Positions 26,394 to 34,932 of a stretch of 41,825 nucleotides of DNA are shown in pieces. The stretch's first letter is position 1; the number at the start of each line of letters is the position of its first letter. The stretch is from a virus. The position numbers were made by a program, and so were the translations under genes. The stretch lies in the UHGV virus genome UHGV-0474209; one strand, written 5' to 3'. The notes under the pieces are model-generated. The model searched no databases and had not been told where the DNA came from. It worked only from the letters and a program-made list of their open reading frames with translations.

Positions 26394-26746
26394 GGCGTAA
26401 GAAAACACCAGAACAACGACAGGCTAGACGTGAACTTTTTATGCTAACTGACGAGGAACTAAATCCAGAGTGGTTCAATGATCCAGAAAAAGTAAAACGT
26501 CGGGATGAATTGCTGGGAATTATCGAATATCGTGAACCGGTTGTAATGAGCGACGATGAAAAGTATCAACGCTATTTAGACAAACGCCCAGGTTTAGAGG
26601 CTGCTGTCGTAAAGATGTTGCTTGAAAAGAAGTTAAGCAAAGAAATTCGAGACGAATTAAAAATGGATTTTAAAGTGATCGCATTTTGTCGGAGAAAATA
26701 CAATTTGAATCCGAAAATACGTACGAAAAGAGTTAGGAGAACATGA
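26390..26746 (+). CDS. hypothetical protein with basic C-terminus (118 aa)
   Basis: ORF overlapping neighbours by 4 nt (ATGA). Confidence 0.4.
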   Translation: MRRKKTPEQRQARRELFMLTDEELNPEWFNDPEKVKRRDELLGIIEYREPVVMSDDEKYQRYLDKRPGLEAAVVKMLLEKKLSKEIRDELKMDFKVIAFCRRKYNLNPKIRTKRVRRT

Positions 26747-27056
26747 TGGACGAACTAATACAAATGATCGAAGAGTGGTCGAAAGAACGCGGAATCAATA
26801 AAGCAGATCCTCAAAAACAGATGCTTAAACTGTACGAGGAGATCGGTGAAACGTCAGCGGCTGTCGTCAGGGACGATAAAGAAGCCCTCAGAGACGCGAT
26901 AGGTGATTCGGTCATAACATTTTACTCAATCTAGCTTTGCAGAACGATATGAGCCTGTATGAGTGCGTGATGCACGCTTATGGAGAAATCAAAGGGCGAG
27001 ACGGCAAAATGATCAACGGCATGTTCGTTAAATCTGACGATATGAGGATCGGTTAG
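26743..27056 (+). pseudogene. MazG-like nucleotide pyrophosphohydrolase interrupted by a frameshift (N-term 26743..26934, C-term in other frame 26907..27056)
   Basis: N-term KLYEEIGETSAAVVRDDKEALRDAIGDSVI then stop; downstream frame reads ILLNLALQNDMSLYECVMHAYGEIKGRDGKMINGMFVKSDD, typical MazG C-terminus. Confidence 0.55.
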
Positions 27057-27102
27057 CAGTAAGCCTTGTATTTTTTTGGACAAAAATTAGGAGGAATACG
27101 AA

Positions 27103-27381
27103 TTGAACAAAGTAAAAATTACAGCAGTATTAATTATTACCGCTTTGGCTTTATCAGGATGTGCTAGTTGGAATCGTTTGAAAAAGAGTTGGTCCAGTGA
27201 ATTAGGCAACGGTCTTGAAAGAGAGGTCGTCATTACAGACCAAACAGGCAAAGTGGTTTATGAAGACTCAGGTAAGTTCGATGTTGAAGTAAACGATTAT
27301 CGCGTGAAGTACATTGATGAAAAGGGTAAGCTTCACATTATTTATCTCGGTGCTAGTACAGCCGTTGTTAATGAGAAATAA
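27103..27381 (+). CDS. small secreted lipoprotein (92 aa; lipobox LSGC; TTG start)
   Basis: Signal peptide MNKVKITAVLIITALALSGC; AGGAGG RBS. Confidence 0.55.
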   Translation: MNKVKITAVLIITALALSGCASWNRLKKSWSSELGNGLEREVVITDQTGKVVYEDSGKFDVEVNDYRVKYIDEKGKLHIIYLGASTAVVNEK

Positions 27382-27427
27382 AAGTTCTGCTAACTGGGGC
27401 TATTACAGAGAAAAGGGAGGGAAGGCT

Positions 27428-28348
27428 TTGCTTCAAATATTAGAACTTTTTGGAGGGATAGGAAGCCCTCGAATCGCTCTTAGAAATATGGGAGTACCAA
27501 CTAAATCAATTGATTATGTTGAAATCGATCAAAAGGCAGTCGATAGTTACAATGCTATTTTTGCAAATGATCTTGAGAATAGAGTTCAATCAGTAGTTAA
27601 TTGGAATTTAAAGCCTGATATCCTCATACATGGCAGTCCGTGTCAAGATATTTCTATTGCAGGGCATCAAAAAGGAGCTGACGAAGGGTCTGAAACCAGA
27701 TCAAGTCTAATGTGGGAAACCCTACGAATCATTCGAGACATGGGGATGTGGCGTCCACGAGTAGTGATCTGGGAAAACGTTAAGGCAGTAACTGAAAAGC
27801 GCATGAGAAAAAATTTCAACCGATACCTGGATGAAATGGAAAAGCTGGGATATTCCAACTCCTTTGAATTACTGGATGCAAGAGATTTCGGAATACCTCA
27901 AGCAAGGCAAAGAGTTTTCACAATTTCGATGTTAGATCAGCCAATATTCAATTTTAGTATTTTAAATCGGACACCAATGCGAGATATACGAGAGTTCCTT
28001 GTAGAGAATGATGAAGTGAGTTGTGTTTACGATGTCACACAACCTAGTGTCTTATCAGTGATAGGGAAGACTGGAATAAAACGAGCAACGGTGATCAAAG
28101 ATTTTGCATACACTATTACTACGCGACAAGATCGAACACCAGCACAAATAATTGATTGCGGGGCTGGGCGCTTCCGTTATCTAACTGAATTAGAGTGCTG
28201 GAGGCTTCAAGGTTATTCAGACGCTGACTATTTTGCGGCAGCATCAACAGTCGAAAGAAATGGGCGTTTTAGAATGCCAATGTACAAACAAGCTGGTAAT
28301 AGCATACCGGTAAATATTTTTGAAAGTATTTTTGAAATACTACTTTAA
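27428..28348 (+). CDS. orphan DNA (cytosine-5) methyltransferase
   Basis: Motifs I FGGIGS, IV GSPCQDIS, VI ENVK, VIII QARQRVF, X GNSIPV; probable TTG start 27428 after AAGGGAGGG (longer ORF from 27314 overlaps lipoprotein gene). Confidence 0.8.
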   Translation: MLQILELFGGIGSPRIALRNMGVPTKSIDYVEIDQKAVDSYNAIFANDLENRVQSVVNWNLKPDILIHGSPCQDISIAGHQKGADEGSETRSSLMWETLRIIRDMGMWRPRVVIWENVKAVTEKRMRKNFNRYLDEMEKLGYSNSFELLDARDFGIPQARQRVFTISMLDQPIFNFSILNRTPMRDIREFLVENDEVSCVYDVTQPSVLSVIGKTGIKRATVIKDFAYTITTRQDRTPAQIIDCGAGRFRYLTELECWRLQGYSDADYFAAASTVERNGRFRMPMYKQAGNSIPVNIFESIFEILL

Positions 28349-28373
28349 CGGAGGATATCAAGGAGGTAGGATT

Positions 28374-28913
28374 TTGAAAAAATATCCTAGATTAGACAAA
28401 TACTACGATGAATTAATCAAAATGGAAGATGAAGAACCAGAACGATTCTATGATCAGCGTTCGTATTCTTTGATGTGCACGTTGGAATGTATTTCTAACT
28501 ACGAGTTTATTAAGGACTTTTGTTTAAAGAATAATTTCAAAAGCGTGTTTGATATTGGTTGCTGTTTCGGTTATCAATCAGAGGTTTTTTATGAATCGGG
28601 TATTCAATATCGAGGATTGGACGACACCATATCTAAATACCTTTGGAATAGCGAACTATATGAGTATCAAGTAGGACGTTTTCCTTGTGACGTTAAATCG
28701 AGAAAAGGCGAGTTAGGCATTTCCGTTTTATGTTTAGGTTGGAATTGCTATTTGTATGAAGGTGCAAAAACTTTGGATGAACAATTTGAATCCTTGGTTA
28801 ATCAATTTGAGTATTCGTTGATTTATATGCAGCAGAATTTGGTCCCTTTGATCTCAAGACATTTCTCAAAAGTCGAACACTTGGAAGACAATTTTTATTT
28901 TTTTAAAAGGTAA
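28374..28913 (+). CDS. hypothetical protein (about 179 aa, Cys-rich)
   Basis: AGGAGG RBS before TTG 28374; in-frame ORF extends from 28320. Confidence 0.4.
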   Translation: MKKYPRLDKYYDELIKMEDEEPERFYDQRSYSLMCTLECISNYEFIKDFCLKNNFKSVFDIGCCFGYQSEVFYESGIQYRGLDDTISKYLWNSELYEYQVGRFPCDVKSRKGELGISVLCLGWNCYLYEGAKTLDEQFESLVNQFEYSLIYMQQNLVPLISRHFSKVEHLEDNFYFFKR

Positions 28914-28934
28914 GATAACCACACCTATCATATA

Positions 28935-28960
28935 AAAATAGAGGCAGAAGCCTCTATTTT
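28935..28960. terminator. bidirectional terminator AATAGAGGC-AGAA-GCCTCTATT flanked by A and T runs
   Basis: Perfect 9-bp stem between convergent genes. Confidence 0.55.
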
Positions 28961-29486
28961 AAAACGCATATGCGATAAGAGAAATTCCAATCATCATTAA
29001 ATAAAAACCAACTAAGAATGCTAATGTAAATGCTGAAACAATTGGATTAAATAAGAGCATAATTCCTACAATTATCCCAATAATATTTACTATCAGAATA
29101 AACCAATAGTAACTTGATCCATTGACCTTGTAAATATCTGCTCCTACAAGCCCCATAATTGAATCTACAATAAACCAAATAGCAAAAATATAAGGTAGGG
29201 CTAGTAAACCTGCATTAGTATTGAAGAGTAAAAATACACCAATTAGCAGGTCAAATATACCGAGAATCATTAGTAGGGTTGATTTTTGATTAGTGAATTC
29301 ATGAAGTTTACGTCTAAAAAACAGTTCAAAAATTCCCTTTAAAACTGCAGCAATGGCAAAAACGTAGACAACTGCTTTTAAACTACTATCTGGATTATTA
29401 AATGATACTAAAGAAGCTATAACAAAAAGTAATCCAATTAAAAAATATTCCCAACTAAATCCAATTTTTCTTACCATGCTTATCAC
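28959..29486 (-). CDS. HdeD/DUF308-like multi-pass membrane protein (175 aa), counter-oriented moron
   Basis: Six hydrophobic helices, pattern resembling acid-resistance membrane protein HdeD family; convergent with upstream operon. Confidence 0.55.
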   Translation of the reverse strand: MISMVRKIGFSWEYFLIGLLFVIASLVSFNNPDSSLKAVVYVFAIAAVLKGIFELFFRRKLHEFTNQKSTLLMILGIFDLLIGVFLLFNTNAGLLALPYIFAIWFIVDSIMGLVGADIYKVNGSSYYWFILIVNIIGIIVGIMLLFNPIVSAFTLAFLVGFYLMMIGISLIAYAF

Positions 29487-29588
29487 CTCCTTATGATAAA
29501 TAATAGTATAACCTTATGAATAAAATAATGAAAATAAAACGTAAATAATACGCTAATTCAGCCTATCAAGTAAGAAAAGAGGTATGAA

Positions 29589-30095
29589 ATGGAAATACGA
29601 GAAGTTATAGAGAAAATAAAGCAAGAAAAATATGATTTTTCAAAACCGTGGACGTCACTGGACAGATCGGATTATAAGGAAGGATACAATGATGCCTCCG
29701 ATGACATTATCGGAATTGTTAATCAACTAGACGAACCGACGAAAGTGATTGCTCATTTGGCCGAAAAATGGCACGAAGACATTGGTCCTGTTCTCTGGTG
29801 GGATTTCCCAGTCGAAGAACCACCATATTGCGGCACACCACTAGATGACGATTTTCCAAAGTATAAGAGACATTTTACTGAACTTCATATTCCAGACGAG
29901 GTCGAGGAAGAGCCGAAGTGGGTTGTGAAACGAAAGGACAACGGAAAATACGTAGAGTCGCTTGCCTTGGGAAAAGGAATTGGTTTGATTGCTGAAACAA
30001 CGGCTTCGCTTCAAGAAAATGCTTATAAGTTAAACAGCAAGGATCAAGCTGATGCTGTAGCAGTGCTAATTGATGGCACAGTTGAGAAAGTGTAG
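29589..30095 (+). CDS. hypothetical acidic protein (168 aa)
   Basis: ORF with AGAGG RBS. Confidence 0.4.
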   Translation: MEIREVIEKIKQEKYDFSKPWTSLDRSDYKEGYNDASDDIIGIVNQLDEPTKVIAHLAEKWHEDIGPVLWWDFPVEEPPYCGTPLDDDFPKYKRHFTELHIPDEVEEEPKWVVKRKDNGKYVESLALGKGIGLIAETTASLQENAYKLNSKDQADAVAVLIDGTVEKV

Positions 30096-30097
30096 GT

Positions 30098-30490
30098 GTG
30101 AGAATGAGTGAAGTAGTGATTGATCCACAGGAGTATTACGTGTGGCTTGCATGTGAAAACGGATGGAATCGAGCAGTTGGCTTCAAAGCAAAAATAGCTG
30201 GTATAGATTGTTCCGTCGTCATGGTGCCGTTTGATCCTATCGAGATAGTTTTTAGTGATCTCAACTCGGGATCAAGGATATTATCATTACCAATTTCGAT
30301 ACTTGATATGATCATGTGTGATACAAAAGAAAAAATGCTCGTATTGATGAAGGAGAATGCAGGTTTAGCAGCGAAAAAGATTGGGTATAGCGGAATAGAC
30401 TTAGTACGTGAAGAATCAAGAAAAGCCAAAGGTTCGTTTGAAAAGAAGTTTGGTCCAATGCCGGACTTTGAGAAAACTTCTGTTTACTAA
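30098..30490 (+). CDS. hypothetical protein (130 aa)
   Basis: ORF. Confidence 0.4.
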   Translation: MRMSEVVIDPQEYYVWLACENGWNRAVGFKAKIAGIDCSVVMVPFDPIEIVFSDLNSGSRILSLPISILDMIMCDTKEKMLVLMKENAGLAAKKIGYSGIDLVREESRKAKGSFEKKFGPMPDFEKTSVY

Positions 30491-30510
30491 GATTCGGTAA
30501 CTGAAGCCAT

Positions 30511-31535
30511 AGTAAAAAAGACTGCCGCGGTATGAAACGGCAGTCAATGAACTATGGGTAGCTGATTAGAATAGTTCAAAGGTATTTTACACCTAAAACA
30601 AAAATAAAAAAAGACAGCCGACCACTGGCTGCCTTGGAAAAGAACTCTCGTCTAGTTTCCGCTAGACAAAATAATTTTACCACAAAAACAGACCGCTGGG
30701 GATTGGTCAGCGGCCATGAGCTGATTGAAATATGCTTTTAACCCGATTAAAAAGGAGGGGCCAGCTCATCACTATTGTACACCTAGTAGTGCAAGAAAAA
30801 AAGACCGCTAGGCAGTCAGTTAGCGGTCAATGAGCCGATTGCGAAAGTTGTTTGTAGTCAACAAAAGAAAATATCAGCTCTTCATAATTGTATCATAAAA
30901 AGGACCGCTTTTTCATATGGCAGTCCCTAAGCTAGTGTAGTATTCTTGGATTATTTATGGATTTTTCTAGCTCAAATATATTGTACACCTATGTGAATCA
31001 AAGTGAAATAACAAAAAAATAAATTAAGAAGCCTAGGTTTTATGAATTTGAAAGGTATAATGCCTGGTTTTCGTTAGACAAAATAGTTTTATCACAAAAA
31101 TAGACCACTAAAAAAGCGGTCTACGAGCTAGATGAAATAGGTTTTGACGTTAACGAAAATTAGAAAGGAAAGAACTAGCTCATTTAGATGATACCATAGA
31201 AAAAGACCGCTGAACAGTTATATCAGCGGTCCCTGAGTTAGGTCGTTGTGCTTATAATAAGTGGGTTGTATTTTTATTTAACCTAACTCATTGGGCTAGT
31301 GCAGTGTCAAAATTGTCGGTCTCAAACTTCAAGAAAATTACTAGCCCTAGTCTTATTTTACACGGAGATAAGTAAGAAAAAAAGACCGCTGAGCAAAAAA
31401 ACAGCGGCTTGTGAACTAGAAAAATTCGGGTAGTATGGAAAAATTAGAAACCAGCTCACACTAAAAGTTTATCAAATTCATTTTTCCGTTTCAAGATCGT
31501 ACAAAAAAACGCTGGGAAAGTTCCCAACGCCTCTT
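30511..31535. repeat. ORF-free array of about 9 imperfect repeat units: conserved box (TTTTAYCACAAAAAYAGACCRCT) + GC-rich stem-loop GACCGCT-N6-10-AGCGGTC + second variable long-range stem
   Basis: Hairpins at 30520-30545, 30613-30631, 30691-30715, 30803-30828, ~30901-30926, ~31102-31122, 31205-31231, 31384-31407, ~31510-31530; no ORF >=60 aa on either strand over 1.08 kb. Confidence 0.7.
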
Positions 31536-31583
31536 TATGTATAAAAATTTGACAAGATAATTATACCATAAGGAGTGACTAAT

Positions 31584-32006
31584 TTGATGGCTTTATTACC
31601 AGAAGTAGACGCAAATAATACGAAAATGAGTGCACGAAAAATTTTATCTCAGTATCGCAAATGGGAACGTATCGCAGGCAAAGCAGCTATAGATATCAAA
31701 TCACCACTTCTAAGTGATATGCCCCGAACATTGGGTGTATCGATAAATAAGCCAGAAGATGGTCTATTGGAGCGTGTGTATGCTGAGAACGAACGAGATG
31801 CCATTCTAAGAGCTTTAGCCTCACTTTCCTGGAGAAGTCGGAAAATACTAGCCATGACTTATTGCGAGCCTGAAAAGGCTTCTGTGTATGAAATAAGTTT
31901 AGAATTGCACTTCAGTGAAGTTCACGTGAAACGATTACGACACATTGCATTGTTGGAATTTGCGGAAGCTTATAAGCATGGGCAATGTCTGATTTACAAA
32001 AAATGA
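31584..32006 (+). CDS. arpU: ArpU-family late transcriptional activator (sigma-70 region-4-like)
   Basis: Resemblance to ArpU/phage late regulator family (…SWRSRKILAMTYCEPEKASVYEISLELHFSEVHVKRLRHIALLEFA); AAGGAG RBS; GTG 31575 alternative start. Confidence 0.7.
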   Translation: MMALLPEVDANNTKMSARKILSQYRKWERIAGKAAIDIKSPLLSDMPRTLGVSINKPEDGLLERVYAENERDAILRALASLSWRSRKILAMTYCEPEKASVYEISLELHFSEVHVKRLRHIALLEFAEAYKHGQCLIYKK

Positions 32007-32175
32007 TACTTTTTTGATACTTTTTGTTCGAAAAAAGGTGATAGAATAGTAGTGTAAAAATAGTGTACAAGACGGCACACAAAAAAATAAATGATGAATG
32101 GAGTTGACAAACTTCATTTCCGTTTAAAGTTCGCTGTGCTGTCTATTGTTATCAAATATTTTTATTAAAACTTAT

Positions 32176-32232
32176 AGATTTCGAATATGTTCTTTTGTAT
32201 AATATTTAGTGTAGAGAAGTTAAGATGAGTAG
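32176..32232 (+). promoter_or_regulatory. extended -10 promoter-like element TTTTGTATAATATTT + conserved leader (copy 1)
   Basis: TGTATAAT at 32196-32203; ~45-nt near-identical to copy 2. Confidence 0.4.
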
Positions 32233-32384
32233 CTCCATTTTTATGACTCTGCGCAAGTTAAAAAAATGATATACCTTGAGAATGATTTTTTAAACAATTC
32301 AAAAAACGATCTTACTCATCTTAACAACTCTACAGGATGTGAGTACATCACGTTCTTTTTTGCTGTTAAATTAAAACATACTAG

Positions 32385-32440
32385 CATGATTATTAGTCTT
32401 TTTGTATAATATTTGCGTAGAAAAGTGAAAAGATGGTGGC
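32385..32440 (+). promoter_or_regulatory. extended -10 promoter TTTTTGTATAATATTT + leader (copy 2) upstream of toxin-like ORF
   Basis: TGTATAAT at 32403-32410. Confidence 0.45.
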
Positions 32441-32493
32441 TAATCTCTTGAATAAAGGGGTGATGCCTATGGTTCATAGCTTTATCCCTAGAA

Positions 32494-32577
32494 GGGAGTA
32501 GGCATGTCTGTTTATCAAGCGTTGTCGCTGATGATCGCATTTGCGACGTTAGTGTTGCTGATTACAGATCACAAGAA
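32494..32577 (+). CDS. candidate type I toxin, Fst-like 27-aa hydrophobic peptide MSVYQALSLMIAFATLVLLITDHKNKK
   Basis: GGGAG RBS 6 nt upstream; single TM helix + lysine tail; convergent antisense transcription unit overlaps its 3' end. Confidence 0.45.
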
Positions 32578-32690
32578 CAAAAAATAACCATCTAACACTT
32601 TAGCAGAGAGTAGATGGTTAAACCATTGAAATTAAGCCACCGTCTTTTTAACGGTTCTACATGGGGCGTGTTACCAGCACGTCCTTTTTC
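32572..32690 (-). ncRNA. candidate antisense antitoxin sRNA (~110 nt) convergent to toxin mRNA
   Basis: Minus-strand promoter TTGATT-16-TATAAT (TGaTATAAT) at 32698-32725 and minus-strand terminator (CCATCTA...TAGATGG + TTATTTTTTG) at 32570-32617. Confidence 0.4.
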
Positions 32691-32729
32691 TATGTCCATT
32701 ATATCATGTGAATAAAGAAAATCAATCAA

Positions 32730-32755
32730 GATCGCTTCGGCGGTCTTTTTATTTT
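32730..32755 (+). terminator. rho-independent terminator (GATCGC-TTCG-GCGGTC + TTTTTATTTT) for toxin transcript
   Basis: UUCG tetraloop hairpin then T-run. Confidence 0.5.
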
Positions 32756-32985
32756 GGATACAAAAATAGACCACTACCGGGTAGTAGTGGTCAGGAATTA
32801 AATGAAAAAGATGTTAAAGGGTTGTTAGACAAGTATAACATCATAGCGTTTACATAGCAATACAAAAAAGAGCCACTGTTTCCGCAGCAACCCTTTAGTG
32901 TAACAAGTAACTATAAATATATCATCCTTGGCCATGTATTTCAACACACAAAAATAGACCGCTGTTTCCGCAGCAATCTATCTGT
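32755..32985. repeat. three further units of the AAAAATAGACCRCT box/hairpin repeat family downstream of ArpU
   Basis: 32761-32791 (9-bp stem GACCACTAC/GTAGTGGTC), 32858-32890 and 32942-32978 (…AGACCGCTGTTTCCGCAGCAA…). Confidence 0.5.
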
Positions 32986-33037
32986 GAAACGTAAACAATT
33001 TATACATTAAGTATACAATAATAACGCTTACAGAGCA

Positions 33038-33262
33038 ATGAGAACTCACTGGCATGTGTCGTTAAACAATAGGTACCCACTGCCAATGAAAGGACAACAT
33101 AAACGTGTTGTGATGTCTGTTCAAATGAAGGCGAAGTATTCGATTGTAGAAATGATCAGAGAGGCAACGCCAGTAGAGGTTGATCATTGCAAGCTAGTCT
33201 ATTGTGGGTGCGGCCGTTGGAAAGATGCTCATATACAAGAAAACATCAGAAAATACGTTTAG
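33038..33262 (+). CDS. hypothetical protein (74 aa, His/Cys-containing)
   Basis: ORF upstream of terS. Confidence 0.3.
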   Translation: MRTHWHVSLNNRYPLPMKGQHKRVVMSVQMKAKYSIVEMIREATPVEVDHCKLVYCGCGRWKDAHIQENIRKYV

Positions 33263-33287
33263 TTTGTTTTAGTTTGGAGGTGATTTT

Positions 33288-33644
33288 ATGAAACTTACTA
33301 ATAGGCATAATAAGGCTATAGAATTGCTGTTCGAAGGCTCTTTAAAGCGGATTGAAATCGCTGAAGAACTAAAGATAAGCGAACAGACACTTTACAATTG
33401 GTTAAAAGACGAAGATTTCACTCATGCTTATGATGAATATGTAAAAACTATTATGGGTAAGTCATCAGGTAAAGCGTTGAATACAATGTTGAAGCTTTTA
33501 GCAGCCAGATCAGAAATGGTTCGTTTTAACGCAGCTAAAGATATTCTTGATCGTGGAGGATTCGCTCCTGTTGATAAGAAGGAGATTACTTCAATTGAGC
33601 CTCCTGTATTTAAGGATGACATCAGTGGTGAGCCAGATGGTTAA
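33288..33644 (+). CDS. terS: terminase small subunit (HTH-containing, 118 aa)
   Basis: HTH IEIAEELKISEQTLYNWLK; overlaps terL start by 8 nt. Confidence 0.6.
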   Translation: MKLTNRHNKAIELLFEGSLKRIEIAEELKISEQTLYNWLKDEDFTHAYDEYVKTIMGKSSGKALNTMLKLLAARSEMVRFNAAKDILDRGGFAPVDKKEITSIEPPVFKDDISGEPDG

Positions 33645-34920
33645 ACTATCTGAGTATTTGCCAAAAGCTTTTCATAGTACGTGGAGAGCAGCAATTGATC
33701 CAGAAATTCTTCATATTGTTGAAAAAGGCGGTCGTGGTTCAGGTAAATCTTCTGATATTGCGCATGTAATCATACAATTAATCATGAGGTATCCAGTCAA
33801 CGCGGTTGCTATTAGATTCATCGATAACACGATTGAATTATCAGTTTTTGAACAGTTGAAGTGGGCAATCGAAGAACAAGGGGTAACGAGCTATTTCAAG
33901 ATCAATAAAAGTCCAATGAGAATTACCTATCTGCCCAGAGGGAACTATATTACCTTTCGGGGTGCACAGAATCCAGAACGGATAAAATCTTTGAAAGATA
34001 GCAGATTTCCATTCGCAATAGCTTGGATAGAAGAATTAGCAGAGTTTAAAACAGAAGAAGATGTAACGACCATTACAAACTCCCTTTTACGTGGAGAGCT
34101 TGCAGATGGTCTTTTTTATAAGTTCTTTTACAGCTACAACCCTCCGAAGAGAAAACAAAGTTGGGTAAATAAAAAATACGAGACTAGTTTTCAGCCCAAA
34201 AATACATATGTTCACCATACAACATATAAAGACAATCCCTTTATAGCTAAAGCCTTTATAGAAGAGGCAGAAGCAACAAAAAAACGTAATTCAAGGCGTT
34301 ATGATTGGGAGTATTTAGGCAAAGCCATCGGTTCAGGTGTTGTTCCGTTCGATAATCTTCAAGTAGAACCGGGCAGTATTACGGATGAGATGGTTGCGAA
34401 CTTTGACAACATTAGAAATGGTCTCGATTTCGGATATGCTACTGATCCGCTAGCATTCGTTCGTTGGCATTATGACAAAAAGAAAAATGGGATTTACGCT
34501 ATAGATGAAATCTATGGTTTAAAAATGAGCAATCGAGAGTTCTCAAATCAAGCAAAAGCAAAAGGGTATCAATCGGATGAAATATTTGCCGATTCTGCTG
34601 AGCCTAAATCAATTGCTGAACTTCAAAGTGAGCATGAGATTCGGAGAATTAGAGGAGTTAAGAAAGGCCCCGATTCAGTCGAATATGGTGAAGAGTGGCT
34701 TGATGATCTAAATTTTATTTGTATTGACCCGTTGCGAACACCCAATATTGCAAGAGAATTTGAAAATATAGATTACCAAGTAGATAAGGATGGAAATCCA
34801 AAACCAAGACTTGAAGATAAAGACAACCATACAATTGATGCGACTCGATATGCCTTCAGCGAAGACATGAGAAATGTGAAAGTAATTATTTCTCCGAAAG
34901 TACAATTCGGGTTTAACTAG
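33637..34920 (+). CDS. terL: terminase large subunit (PBSX/Terminase_3-like)
   Basis: Walker A GGRGSGKSS; nuclease C-terminal region; ATG 33637 overlapping terS stop (ORF open from 33547). Confidence 0.85.
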   Translation: MVKLSEYLPKAFHSTWRAAIDPEILHIVEKGGRGSGKSSDIAHVIIQLIMRYPVNAVAIRFIDNTIELSVFEQLKWAIEEQGVTSYFKINKSPMRITYLPRGNYITFRGAQNPERIKSLKDSRFPFAIAWIEELAEFKTEEDVTTITNSLLRGELADGLFYKFFYSYNPPKRKQSWVNKKYETSFQPKNTYVHHTTYKDNPFIAKAFIEEAEATKKRNSRRYDWEYLGKAIGSGVVPFDNLQVEPGSITDEMVANFDNIRNGLDFGYATDPLAFVRWHYDKKKNGIYAIDEIYGLKMSNREFSNQAKAKGYQSDEIFADSAEPKSIAELQSEHEIRRIRGVKKGPDSVEYGEEWLDDLNFICIDPLRTPNIAREFENIDYQVDKDGNPKPRLEDKDNHTIDATRYAFSEDMRNVKVIISPKVQFGFN

Positions 34921-34932
34921 AGGAGTGAGAAA

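Noticed and set aside
30511-31535. CRISPR array, toxI-type tandem antitoxin repeats or tRNA-like genes as explanations for the hairpin repeat array
   Set aside because: Units are imperfect palindromic hairpins with variable loops and variable unit length (90-170 bp), not identical direct repeats with unique spacers. There is no adjacent cas, toxN or RT gene and no cloverleaf folds. I kept it as an unexplained structured repeat array.
32316-32774. Minus-strand ORFs 32316..32540 and 32592..32774 in the toxin-antitoxin region
   Set aside because: They lack RBS and cut across the promoter and terminator elements. The short plus-strand hydrophobic ORF with a proper RBS, together with the convergent sRNA, explains the region better.
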